Source of the DNA: Octopus sinensis
Taxonomy: Eukaryota
Length of the DNA: 64,000 bases
Reading direction: 5' to 3'
NCBI RefSeq assembly: GCF_006345805.1
Contig: NC_042999.1
Location: forward strand, 79,918,001 to 79,982,000
Shown: piece by piece, positions 13,335-25,779 of the stretch
Layout: the number at the start of each line of letters is the position of its first letter
Numbering within the stretch: position 1 is the first letter of the stretch
Translations under genes and position numbers: made by a program
Notes under the pieces: model-generated
Seen by the model: the letters and a program-made list of their open reading frames with translations, nothing else
What the model was told of the DNA's origin: nothing
Database searches by the model: none

Positions 13335-13550
13335 ACCCTTGCGACTGTAGGCACAAGTCCTGAAATTAGGGGGAAGGGGCTCGCCGATTACATCGACCGC
13401 AGTGCTCAACTGGTACTTAATTTATCGACCCCTAAAGGATGAAAGGCAAAGTTTACCTCGGAGGGATTTGAACTCATAACGCAAAGACGGACGAAATGCT
13501 AACAAGCATTTTGCCTGGCGTGTTAACGATTCTGCCATCTCCCCGCCTAA
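13335..13550 (-). mobile_element. MetaSINE-like SINE (family B)
   Basis: Minus strand GAGTTCAAATCCC B-box, then GCCTTTCATCCTTTAGGGGTCGATAAATTAAGTACCAG (Meta domain-like), (ATT)n tail. Confidence 0.85.
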
Positions 13551-13589
13551 CAATTATTTCTACTAATATCAATAGCAATAATCATGCTT

Positions 13590-13806
13590 TGTATGATAAG
13601 CAGAGTGCCTGAGATTCGAGCGGGAGGAGAGAAAGTTGAGTACATAGGGTTCAGTGTTCAACTGATACTTTATTTTATCTACCCTGAAAGGAATAAAAGG
13701 AAAAAGTCGATCTCAGCGATATTTGAACTCAGATCGTGAAGGTGGATGAAACGCCGCTAAGTGTTTTTCTTCGACGTGCTAACGATTCTGCCAACAACAC
13801 TGCCTA
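13590..13806 (-). mobile_element. MetaSINE-like SINE (family B), diverged
   Basis: GGCAGAATCGTTAGCACG..GAGTTCAAAT..CCTTTCAGGGTAGATAAAAT. Confidence 0.75.
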
Positions 13807-14279
13807 AATGATACTTCTATTGATGATGATGATGATGATGAGGGGGAGGGGGAAGAAGGGAGGAGAGGAGGAGGTGGTGATGGTAGTGGTGGCGGTGGTG
13901 GCGGTGGTGGAGGAGGAGGAAGATGAAAAACGGCAATGATGACGACGATGACGATGATGATGTAACAAGCAAGTGCAACAGCATACAAGAGAAAGCAGCA
14001 GAAACTGCAACAACTGCAACAATATCAACAACAACTACAAAAAACATAATACTTAAAGAAGCATAGAAGTATATTATGCAGAAGAATAAGGTTATGCATG
14101 GTGAGAGGTAGAAAGAGTGAGAGTGACGAGGTTATGATCGCAAGAGAGAAGGAAGAGAGGAAAAGAAGAAGAAAGGAAGGAAGGAAGGCAAAACAAAAGA
14201 GGAAAGACAAATAGTGTGGGGGGAAAGAAAATGAAGTGTAGATAGGAAGAAAAAAAAGAGAAAAAGTGAGAATAGGAGG

Positions 14280-14315
<36 letters not shown>

Positions 14316-14867
14316 AGAAATAAAAACATGTTTTTCAGAGTGGTATTCCTTGTTTCTTTGAGAAGTTTCCACAAGGTCTTTTAGTGTATGTGATTACAAC
14401 ACCGTGTAATATCTTCTCTCACTTTCTCTCATCTTCCATTAACGTGCATACGCGCTTACATGTGCTGGCTCATCACATGCATACACATACGCGCGCATAT
14501 ATGTATATATGCTCTCATACACGCCGCTTCATAGTATAATGGATGAAAGCTACGTATGGTTATTTTGCGGTGTAACTCATCTAGTACAAATAAAGATGGT
14601 TGTTTATACCTGTTTGTCCACCTCTCTCTCTCCCTCTCCCTCTGTCTCTTTCTCTGTTTCTCTCTATCTATTTCTGCCTCTCTTGCTCTCTCATTCTCTC
14701 TAGCTCCATCCTTTACTGTCTTTGAGAGATCTTCAGGTGACATAAACGAAACCGTAAAATGCAAACATGATTCACCCCAAGTCGTGTGACATATAACTTC
14801 GATACAAGCTGATCAAGTCTACAACAGCACCAACAACATGATCAGTAACAACAACAAGTGCTAGTGA

Positions 14868-15268
14868 AATATTGGTTTCATATTTTGGCACAAAGCCAGC
14901 AATTTCTTGGCGGGGAGAGCAATTCGATTAAATCGACTCCAGTACCCAACTGCTACCTATTTTATCAACCCCGAAAAGATGAAAGGCAAAGTCAACCTCG
15001 GCGGAATTTGAACTCAGAACCTAACGACAGACAAAATACCCATTTCTTTATTGCCCACAAGGGGCCACACACAGAGGGGACAAACAGGACAGACAAACGG
15101 ATTAAGTCGATTATATCGACCCCAGTGCATAACTGATACTTATTTAATCGACCGCGAAAGGATGAAAGGCAAATTCAACCTCGGCGGAATTTGAACTCAG
15201 AACGTAACGGCAGACGAAATAAGGCTACGCATCTCGCCCGGCGTGCTAACGTTTCTGCCAGCTCGCCG
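14868..15268 (-). mobile_element. dimeric MetaSINE-like SINE (family B)
   Basis: Full unit ~15268-15042 followed by a headless second unit starting GGTATTTTGTC. Same junction at 42010..42381. Confidence 0.8.
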
Positions 15269-15294
15269 ATTTCTTAATAGATATAATAATAGTC

Positions 15295-15757
15295 GTTTCT
15301 GCTATAGGTAGAAAACCTGGAACTTTGTAAGAGGGAGCTAGTTGATTACATCGATCTCACTTTTCAACTGTTCAGAATATGAACTCAGAACGTAGGATGG
15401 ATGGAGTTTTGTTAAGCATTTTGTCCGGCGTGCTAACGATTCTGACAGCTCACCACCTTAGCACTTCGTAATTTAGCGTAAGTCCAGCAATTTGGAGGGA
15501 GGGGGTAAGTCGATTTCATCGACTCCAATGCTCAACTCGTACCCGCTGTTTTTATCTCGGATTTTTGTCAGTGAATACATGGTAAAATGCAGCCAGAAGC
15601 ACCCTGCGTTCCACAGGGCTTTCTGAATGGCATGCCTAACGAAAAAGGTTGAAAGGCAAAGTCGACCTCGGCGGAATTTGAATTCAGAACGTAAAGACGG
15701 ACGAAATGCCCTGAGCAATTTCCCAGCGTGTTAACGATTCTGCCAGCTCACCGCCTT
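15295..15757 (-). mobile_element. two further family B SINE copies (second contains a ~100-bp insert)
   Basis: Heads AAGGTGGTGAGCTG (~15458) and AAGGCGGTGAGCTGGCAGAATCG (~15757). Confidence 0.75.
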
Positions 15758-17270
15758 AACACGAGCAAAATATTAATACCAGCTTGCCCCCACTTCTAAC
15801 AAAATTCAATAGAACTGATGTGCAGTTAGTCTTACTGCACTGTTGAATGATAACTGTTAATTGTACCGATTGTTACATGGTGGTAAATTCTCCACATATA
15901 CCAAATAGATAACTTTAACCGACATACGTAAATAGTCACATTAGTGATTCGTTTGTGTCACTATTCAATCGATATCTATTGTCAAAATTTTCGTCTTAGT
16001 TCATATCTTCTTTACATTCCCCCAAAATAAAAAGTTAGTTCTTAATTAACCTGCTCTAGTTGAAATGTGGAAAAATACCTTTTCCCGCTGTTTTTATCTC
16101 GGCTTATCATGTCAGGAAATACACGGTATAATGCAGTCAGAGGCACCCTGCTCCCACGGGGCTTTCTAAATGGCACGCCTAATAGAAAAGTACCTTCAAT
16201 TACTTTAAGTAGTGCAGTCTACTTATTGTAAAAGGTTGGCTATGTTTAGAATGATGTTTCAGTGCCTTTATTTGAGAAAGTTAGGTGATTTGAGGGAAAT
16301 TTGGCTGTTATTTATCACAGGTCGGGTAATCACGAAGTCATCGGAATTGGTTTGTCAGCTATAATGGTATGTGGATGCATATGTGTGTGTATTAGTATGT
16401 GTGTGTGTGTGTGTTGTGTTTGTGTGCACCCATTACTATTCATACTGTGTGCGCGTGCGTGCATGTGTATGTGCGCGCGTATGTTTGTGTGTTTGTGTGT
16501 GTGAGTGTGTATGCGTTTGTGTTTGTGTGTGTATGTGTGTGTATGTGTGCGCGCATGTGTGTGTGTGTATTGTGTTAGTGTGTTTGTGTGTGTTGTGTGT
16601 GTGCGTGTATGCGTGTGGTGTGCGTATGTGTGTACGAAAGAGAGAGAGAGAGAGGGGGGTTAATATGACTAGTAATGGATACCGTTACTAATAAACTTCA
16701 TTTGAGTACCAAAAACAACTTCAGAATGGTATGAGACCAAATCTGAGAAAATAGAAAAAGGAGAAATAAAAATATTTGTTGTTTTTACTGTTTAGCCGCA
16801 TGTCAGCCATAATGAAGCAATAACTATGAATCCAAGTCGCTCTAGCCATGATCATCTAATTTTTTAAATAATTTCTTTTTACTTTTGTATGATGGTAGTG
16901 TAGGTATGAAAAATAGATATTACAGTTATTTCTTGAAGATCGTGCGGCGCTGGTTGTTGCTGTTATTGGAACCAACTCCACTTTGATTGAGTGGAACAAT
17001 AAACAAAGTGCCATCCCCTTTTCACTCACTCATTCCGTTGATTATAAGATACACTGGCAGCAGGCACAACAGAATGCTGGCTATCATGGTACTTGATACC
17101 AACCTGTTGGGTAGTTTCGATTCCCGCTAACAACTCGCCACTAGCACACTGAAGGTTGCAAAAAAGGCAAGAACTTGCCAACTGACGTTCCCTCTTGGTG
17201 AGTGCAAACCCTCAATAAAACAAAGGCTACATCCTAAAAACAGCCTTATTCATAAGGAACCGAAAATATT

Positions 17271-17861
17271 TCATTCAGGAAACAGGTTTTGGAAGCTGTC
17301 ATTTTGTGCGTGACTTCACATTCTGTCGTCAACATCCTGAAAATGCTTACATTTTTTTTTTTTTTGTTTTACGTGAATTTTTCATAAATCGATCTATAAT
17401 TCACTACTAATAATATAATAGTACTCAGCAAAATATTTTAGTACTCACACATTTTCATGACTTTTTTTTTTTTTTGCCAGCGTCAATTTTTTGTTCGAAT
17501 TGATTTCATATTCAGCATAATGATACACTTTTATAGGCTAATTTATGAAGTGAAAGTAATTTTCGTTATAAATCAATAAATAAAGAGTTATTAGTAATTA
17601 AAGTTTGAGAATTTTGGTAATTTTACTCAATCGTAAACCACAGGCACATTCATGTTTTTCTCTTTTAAATTAACATAAACATTTATTTACATGAAAGAAA
17701 ATTACCAGAGAACTTTCGTGCTAAAGACTACAGTTAAATAAGATTTATTTACATGAAAGAAAATTATCAGAGACATAACGTATTGTTCACAAATATTGAC
17801 AACATGTACTATTTTGTCACGCACAAAATGATAGCTTCTAAATCATGTTTCCTGAGTGAAA
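17271..17861. mobile_element. probable MITE / non-autonomous DNA transposon with ~45-bp inverted repeats
   Basis: TCATTCAGGAAACAGGTTTTGGAAGCTGTCATTTTGTGCGTGAC (17271-17314) versus GTCACGCACAAAATGATAGCTTCTAAATCATGTTTCCTGAGTGA (17816-17859). Internal 31-bp direct repeat at 17681 and 17743. Confidence 0.55.
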
Positions 17862-20851
17862 ATGATCAAACTTTAAACCTCTACAACTTTTTTAATACAT
17901 TTTTTCTGGATAAAATGAAATAACTTCAGCAATTCAGTTTGGGCAAGTGTATTATTGTGCCAACATCAGAGTAACCAGTGAACATCGAAGGAAGAAATAT
18001 TATTTACATATATTTATTTACTACCGACAGATAGTTAGCGACAGTAGTACTTGTAGCGATAGCGAAATTTTTCTTCGATGGTGACAAAAAGGTTGCTGTC
18101 TGCCAGTAGAGAGGGAAAGAGTAAGGAATGCACGGTACTGACTAGAAAGGCTGTATAAAAATTAGTTCCTTACTGGGGTCCGGAACCTTCGTAGAGAAAA
18201 ATTTCGCCTCCCGAACAGTCTTGCCTAGCGAGCATTTGACGACATTGCACATACTAAGTTCCAGATTCTTTTCCAGCCCAGGATTGCAGTTCCTTCAAAA
18301 ACGGTTCCTCTTACTAATGTTATGTGTGATTGCGGTTGTACTGCAGTTGCTGTTTTACACCAGTAGCTACAATAGTTTCTAGTCATCGGATGCTGTTGTA
18401 TCTCTTCGTACCGGAATAGTAATACACTAACTTCTGTCTTACTATCGCTGATAGCTCCACAAGACACCGACTAGAACTGTCGACTCTCAGCTCTTCGACT
18501 CTCGACCCTCACTTGACGACCGGCTACTGGTCTACTTATAACTGGTCTACTTTTACCAGTCGGGGTGTACAGTTTCACTCTACAACAAAAACTATGAGCT
18601 GCTGGAAAACGTGGCTTACAAATGAAGAATCAACCTACAATTGGTGCCGACTCAGCGTGTATCAGCACGTCAACAACCACAGCATGCCAAGCTTGTCTTC
18701 CAGAGAATTCTGACGACAGGTAGACCGCTTGGCTAGTGGCATATAGTCAAATTTCATAGGATGGGCCATCGAACCTAGGTGATGTGCTTCTTGAGCAACC
18801 CCTGATTAATTCTCGTATCTTGGAGATTGTTATCAGTACCTTTTGTAGAGCTTCGTATCTTCTGCCAAAAGTCGCGGCAGACTGTCTAGGTAGGAGCTAA
18901 ATCCCATGGATGTCTTTGATTTATCACTTACTCCGTAAAGTAGAGCAAATTATGTGATATGCTGCACACATCTGCCCGAGTAGTACGAGCCCATCCTGGT
19001 CCGTCAAAACTTCACCTCGAATCTCTGACACCTGTAACGGTAAAGAATTATTCGTTCCCACTTTGTTTTGACACAAACCTCTAGTACAAAGAATGCAACC
19101 TTTGTATTTTGCGTTGAAGAAATGATCGGCAACTATCCTTGCTGCAAGCATTTCAGTCACGATGCCTTTGTTCACCCTTCTAATTTGCTAACTAGCACCC
19201 CTTGTAATCTATTTCTCTATTTCCCTTGCTCTTTATTAAACACAATCGATTCATATAACCCACTTCAGTGTGCCCCACCACCTATTGTAAACGATTTCCA
19301 CGCCACCTTCCACTTGACCAATTCATTAACTCGGTTCCATTAGTATTTGCGCACCGGGAAAGATGCGTTTTAACTTCTAGTACCTGGTCTCTGTATGTGA
19401 GTATTCCTCTAAGTTGAGTGTATGCTACAAACGTTTCGTTTGTGTAGCCCAGCAGCTTAAAATGTGAAAGCTCCTTCTATGCGTGATCCCAACTGAATCC
19501 CATCGTGCATCTATAACGCAGTTAATTTTTTCCACAAGTATTAAGGAGTGGTATGTTACAAGGAAGGTTTCTAAAAATTTTAAGTAGCTGGACAACTTGC
19601 TTCGATAGTGCATTGATGGTTTTTAGAAATACCACTGCTCCGAAGGTATTTGCCTTTATTGTCGTTCATATCTAGTCCCACCGATATCCCACTCGGATCC
19701 AGGAAGAACGTCTGCATCTCTAAAATTTGATTCGTTCCAGAAATGCACTACCACTCCACTACCAGAACCACGCAGACTACAAGATGAGCTTACCCTTTAG
19801 TCGCCAAAAAGGAACTAGAAATGAGCTTGAAATTCTTGTTACGGTAATGACTACCACATCTGTCTAGTGATCTGAGGTCGAGTAGCATATGACCTTGCTT
19901 ACAAGCTGACCCTGGGTCAGGTACTTTTAGACACCTTACCCAGTGCGGCTATTTGAAAAACAAATAGAGGGAGAGGTTACCTTCTTCACCAAAAAGGGTG
20001 GTTAATTTGTTTCCTTTTCCGGAAAGGCATCTTTTTAAAGTTCCTTGTAATTGTAATAGCGTCTGGTGTATTCTTTTTCTAAAAATTAAAGCATATCCTG
20101 GTAACTGTCCAAAGGAATATATTAGATGCCTGTTGAATTGTCACTGGCACGATTCACTTATATAATAAAACGTTAAGACAGGCTATAGAGTACATGTGCG
20201 GATGAGTGAAACCATGGTATATAAACGTGTGGGTAAGTAAAGACTTCACACTGTATAATGGGACAATGATTTACATCAAAATAAACAAATAATTAGAATA
20301 ATCTAAATAAAAACCACAATAAACAAAGCATCTTTTCATAAGCGATTGCTTTAAATTACTCAAGCATTCGTTCCGCCTGTGAATCCTCGAACTAGAACAT
20401 AATGCAACAAAGAATTCAGTAAGAATTAGGGCAAATAGTACGGGGCAAATTGAAACCAGCGTATGGTAGATCCCTGGAGGGTCTTTATCAAAATTTTTAT
20501 CATCTGAGCGATGAAACGTCCTATACTCTTGAGGACATTTTCTTGTCTGAAGGTATCTGTGAACAAAGATGCTCACGGGTACATTCAGTATACTACAGAC
20601 AAGAAATCACAAGCGCACAATATCATCAGTCGATCTCACTGAACGAAGATGCTTGGATCTCATCTATTAGCTGGCAGATTACTCTATCTGTTTTTCATGT
20701 TCTCGAAATACCTATATTGTTTTTGTAAATCATTGTACAGATTCATGATATTGAATTAATCATTTTGTGTAATTTATAAATACTAATTTTATTTTTCGTT
20801 TTGGGATTTGGTTTGCAAGATTCTTTATATAAGTTCGTGTGTTGAAGCATA

Positions 20852-21050
20852 TTCTGTTGTGTCTGGGGAGAGTCATTTTCTTTTTGTCCCTTAACACACT
20901 CACCGGTAAACTTTCTACTTATTTCTTATTTTTATTTTCCTAAAATTTTCGTTGCGTCTTCTAACCTTTTCAATAGTCAAGACTATTCATCTAGTGTGTT
21001 ACATTATAGGGTACAGAAAGAAAATTACTCTCCCCAGACACAATAGAATT
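20852..21050. repeat. inverted-repeat element containing a U3:A8-type hammerhead-like motif (minus, 20940-20976)
   Basis: ATTCTGTTGTGTCTGGGGAGAGTCATTTTCTTT versus AAAGAAAATTACTCTCCCCAGACACAATAGAAT. Minus CTA-TTGAAAA-G-GTT..AAC-GAAAATTT-TAG. Confidence 0.6.
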
Positions 21051-21360
21051 TTATTTTTATATAATGTGCAACGTCTTTGACACTCCACAATCTTTCAGTT
21101 AACTTTATTTTGTCCATCTCCATACGATTTGTAACACTTTTGTATAAAATTCATTGTATAGAACAGTGGTTCTTAACTTTTCCTTGTAACACTCCTTTTT
21201 AAGTAGTCGTTATCCTTAGCGCCCACCTGAGTGGCGAGCATGGTACCACGACTAAACTAACCAAACATGGATGATAATTTATAAATTTTAATGTAAAAAT
21301 GGACTGTACAAGCTTTTAACAGTGAAATAATACAAAAATGATAAAGATATAAGTTGTAAC

Positions 21361-21632
21361 GGGCATATGACGTTGTGTTTAAGAGCGTGAGCTACTAACC
21401 CCAAGATTCCGAGTTCGATTCCAGGTAGTAACCTGAATAATAATAACAACAACATAGAAAAATGCCTTAGGAATGAGAACCCAGGTTCGAAATTTCTCCA
21501 AGACACCTGATGAAGGCTGGAGGGTATATCTGCCGAAACGTTGTGTTAACAACAAACAAGTTGAGGACAAATATCCGTCAAATGTAAATAATGTAAATCA
21601 TGTACATAATTCCTCATCTCTTAAATATAGAA

Positions 21633-21677
<45 letters not shown>

Positions 21678-21697
21678 CATTATTATTATTATTATCA

Positions 21698-21769
<72 letters not shown>

Positions 21770-21974
21770 TATATTCAGTGAGAGAGCAGTGCATGCCATC
21801 AAAGTGACACTGAGGTAACATATACGAAGCCCAGTATATCCATCATGACTACTCGTCTTATAAGGATACACCAGGGTCAACAATCACAAACACATCGCGA
21901 TCTCATATCATGATGAACAGCGCATGATCTTTCGGGTGGGGACAAATATCCGTCAAATGTAAATAATGTAAATA
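21361..21974 (+). mobile_element. solo tRNA-headed, hammerhead-containing element (PLE pLTR-derived) with captured family C fragment
   Basis: tRNA-like head 21361-21433, HHR 21502-21547, (ATT)n, family C fragment 21777-21940, repeated tail segment. Flanked by AAGTTGTAAC at 21351-21360 and 21975-21984. Confidence 0.8.
21502..21547 (+). ncRNA. minimal type-I hammerhead ribozyme
   Basis: GACAC-CTGATGA-A-GGCTG..CTGCC-GAAAC-GTT-GTGTT. Stem I GACAC/GTGTT; stem III is the loopless palindrome AACGTT. Confidence 0.8.
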
Positions 21975-22257
21975 AAGTTGTAACTTTACTTTAAACATTG
22001 CAAGTTAATGATTTCCTTGAACCAGATGAGATTTCTTTTTATAATAATGACCATTACTAGTTTTATCATGTTTAATATTATTACTACTATAGGCAAAATT
22101 TAGTATGTTAATTATATTATCTCATCGCTCTCTTACTACCCCCTAAAGCTTAACACTACCTTCGACGTGCACAGTATCCCACTGGGGGCGGTACCGCCCA
22201 CGTTGAGAACCTCTGGTATAGAAGAAAGCATCCTAGAAGTATTTCTTCCGATTCATT

Positions 22258-22400
22258 ACGCTCTGAGTTCAAATCCTGCCGACATCATCTTTGCCTTTCA
22301 TCATTTTGGGGGTCGATAAAAAAAAGTGCCACTCAAGTATGGATTTCATGTAATCAACTAACACACCGCCACCTAATAGCTTATGGTCTTGTACTAAAAT
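22258..22400 (+). mobile_element. family B SINE fragment
   Basis: CTCTGAGTTCAAATCCTGCCG..TTTGCCTTTCATCATTTTGGGGGTCGATAAA. Confidence 0.7.
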
Positions 22401-22404
22401 CCGA

Positions 22405-22686
22405 ATCATCACCACCACCACCACCACCTTCATCATCACAATCATCATCATCATCACACTCATCATCGTCATCATCATCATCAAAATTATTATCGTCGTT
22501 GTCGTCATCATCATCATCGACATCATCATCACTATTGTTACATAGCTGCTGTTATTTGCAGTTATGTTTGGGTCTTTTCTGTTTGATTAACATTTAGCAA
22601 TATGAAGATGAGTTTTTCATATTTCGCAGATGGAGAGGGAACAAGGACAAAGATTTCAACACAGCATGAGGGTAAAACGCTGCTGC

Positions 22687-22717
<31 letters not shown>

Positions 22718-23700
22718 ATTGCTGTATATTCTTATGTTGTATATTTCCATTTGTCTCATTTTACGTCCTGTTCTTCTTCTTCTTTTTTTCTCTATTTTCT
22801 TGTTTCTTTGTATTGCTTTGTTATTTTTTGCAGGGTGTGGTTGTGGTAGGGCTTACAATTTCACCTAAAATTCCGCTGCGCTGTTTAAAAAGAAAACATC
22901 AATGATAATAGATGAAGATGTTGGCGGCAGAGGAAGTTTTCATGATGATGGTGTTGGCGGTGGTTTTGTCGGTGGTGGTGTTTCTGCAGCAGTTGCTGCT
23001 ACTTATGATGATGATCATGATCATGATAATGATGTATTTCATTGCGCTTGTTTTGTTTCAGGTTGGTACGTTTATATTTTCTTCCTATGTCCCATCATCA
23101 CACTTTTGTGGCGGTAGGCCGTCATTATCATTATCATCATCACCTCCTTCTCCTGCCCTCTCCTCCTCCTTCTCTTCCTCCTCATCATCATTACCACTCG
23201 TCTTCCTCCTCATCATCATCATCATTATCACCTCATCTTCATCACCCACATCCTCATGTTCATCATCATCATTACCATCCTCGTCCTCTTCCTCCTCCTC
23301 CTCGACCTTCTCCTTGTCCTCCCCCTCCTCGTCTTCCTCCTCGTCCTCCTCCTCACCTCCTCTTCCCCCTCCTCGTTTTCCTTCTCGCCCTCTTCCTCGA
23401 CCGCCTCCTCGTCTTCCTCCTTGACCTTCTCCTCGTTCTCCTCACCCCCTCTTCCGCCTCCTCCTCCTCCTCATCATCATCATCATCTTTACATCCTTTT
23501 CATCTACATCTTCTTCGGCGACATCGCCGTCACCATCGTCGTAGTCATTATCATCATCATCATCAGCAGCAGCAGCAGCACCACCACCACTACCAATGCC
23601 GCCGCCGCCGCCACCACAACCACCACCACCACTTAATACCGTCATCATCATCATCATCGTCGTCGTCGTCGTCGAGGTTATCATCATCTTCCTTATCAGC
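22405..23700. repeat. long compound trinucleotide low-complexity tract (CAT/CCT/GTT/CAC/GCC)
   Basis: Direct inspection; open in many frames on both strands. Confidence 0.9.
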
Positions 23701-24001
23701 ATCGAATCGCGTATCAACACAAACAATCCCTGTAACACTAGGTGCAGTAGTAATAATATCGTGAAGATGCAAATACATAACCAAATGGCCAGAATGTACA
23801 ATTATGCACACCGTACAGAAAACATCACTACTTGGCAATGCGCATATATATATATATTAGGTTGGGGACTCTCAGTACAATAGAAGCCACGAAACTGAAA
23901 CTAATGACATACAAAACTACGTGCACAAAACTAAGGTGCACAAAACTACGCCCTATAATGCTGTGAGAGAACGTTATAAAAATAACTGAATAATAATAAT
24001 G

Positions 24002-24087
<86 letters not shown>

Positions 24088-24088
<1 letters not shown>

Positions 24089-24607
24089 CCCTGATGCAGT
24101 CTGATTGGAAGTGTTATCATGTACATTGTTTTGTCTTGGTATAAAAGATGGGCTACAGCAAATATTCTGCTCAATACCACAGATTTGCTTGTCAGTTGTT
24201 TGACCTTAACCAGTTGAGCATGTCCCTTAGTGGCTGACGATATGTGCATCTCTGATCACGAGCAGAAGTAGTGGGGGAGCATCATAGCCATGTGTTGAGA
24301 GGGATTCTTTGGGGTTTGAATAATTCACCTTTGGAAACATGGGTGGTTCTTTCAACATCCTTAAACAACCCTTATTCAGGGACCTTTTGAGCGGGATGGG
24401 CTACTCAACCTGAAGAAAATTCTAACTGGGCCCCACCTGCAAGGTCATGTGCTGTTTATCTTGATATGAGATCACCATGTCGCGCACATATGGTTGTGAT
24501 GCATGTGCCTGGTGTACCTTTATCAGACGGGTAGTCATGATGGGTATATTGGGCTTCGTATATTTTACCCCAGTGTCACTTTGATGGCATGCACTGCTCT
24601 CTCACTC
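24088..24607. mobile_element. ~550-bp non-coding interspersed element (family C) embedded in (AAT)n
   Basis: Nearly identical to 42421..42974 apart from a short deletion; partial copies at 24677-24855 and 21777-21940. Confidence 0.85.
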
Positions 24608-24676
<69 letters not shown>

Positions 24677-24855
24677 GCCCTGATGCAGTACCAGGTAGTG
24701 GCTCTCATGTCTTCTGATCTTAACCGATTGGAAGTGTTATCATGTACGTTGTTTTGTCTTGGTATAAAAGATGGTCTACAGCAAATTTTCTACTTAATAC
24801 CACAGATTTACTTGTCAGTTGTTTGACCTTAGCCAATTGTGCATGTCTCTTAGTG
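24677..24855. mobile_element. family C truncated copy
   Basis: GCCCTGATGCAGTACCAGGTAGTGGCTCTCATG.. matches 42421 onward. Confidence 0.8.
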
Positions 24856-25779
24856 TTCATAGCAACACGTTTCTCCAAACACTGATTATTTTCTCACTTC
24901 TATTATAAAAAGGGAACGTTACCCAAAATATCATTGGGTCATTAACCAACCTAGGCAGGGTAAGACAATGTCCTTTTCCATTATTTTCCTTTATTGACTT
25001 CAGCTTTCATAGGTTGCTTAACTTCTTAATGAAAATATTGCCACTCTTTCCCCAATTTCCTTGAGAAAGAAAAGAATTAAAACACCACCGACTGCTTTGT
25101 CTTACTGGTAGAGAATTGTTAGCAACTTACAACATCCCATATATCAGCGTCCAGTTTTGGTCTCCGGTTAACGTAAGAGGACTGCTACGTCAAAGAGTAT
25201 ATCTGTAGAAAGGTTTGTCATGACCCACCTGGAAGTCATCCAATAGAGACTAACATCTCAAACTATCCTTGTTCATACCAATAACCACGCTCAGATTACT
25301 GCCGCTCGTATCCTCAAATCCATGAGGCAGAGTTTAACTTTTCCTTGATAATATTTTCCACCTGGTAGAGTGCTAGAAGAAGAAAAAGTAAGAAGTAGAA
25401 GAGGAGGAGGAGGAGGAGGATATCAAAAGAGTGATGAAAACGCTCCAGTAGAATGGGGAAATGTTATAAATTCATTGCTTCACTGTGCAAAATTCATAAA
25501 ACAATAACGTAATAATACTAATCCGACCGTCAGTAAATAAAGTATCGCTAACACTAATGTTTTCTTTGTTCAAATTATGCATAAAATATAAAATATATTG
25601 CTTACAAAACAATCAACTAAGGGTAGGAGACGAACTAATCTGAAACGAAGTAAAGCTGTAGGACACGTCAACCATGACCAACACTACATACAGCAAGATA
25701 TAAGAGAAACAACAGATGTCAACCCAGGATTTGTCAAAAATTCTTTTGCGTAAGAGTATATGTGTGACAAGCGTTAGGT

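Larger units (their letters stand above)
21164..22215. mobile_element. hAT (Charlie-type) MITE carrying a nested insertion
   Basis: TIRs CAGTGGTTCTTAAC and GTTGAGAACCTCTG; exact 8-bp TSD GTATAGAA at 21156-21163 and 22216-22223. Confidence 0.9.

Noticed and set aside
21361-21433. Functional tRNA gene
   Set aside because: Acceptor and T stems pair poorly, the anticodon would be an atypical ACT, and the sequence recurs as part of a mobile repeat.
22902-23883. Long His/Ser/Pro-rich ORFs as a host exon
   Set aside because: Compound trinucleotide repeats with no unique domain and no preferred frame.
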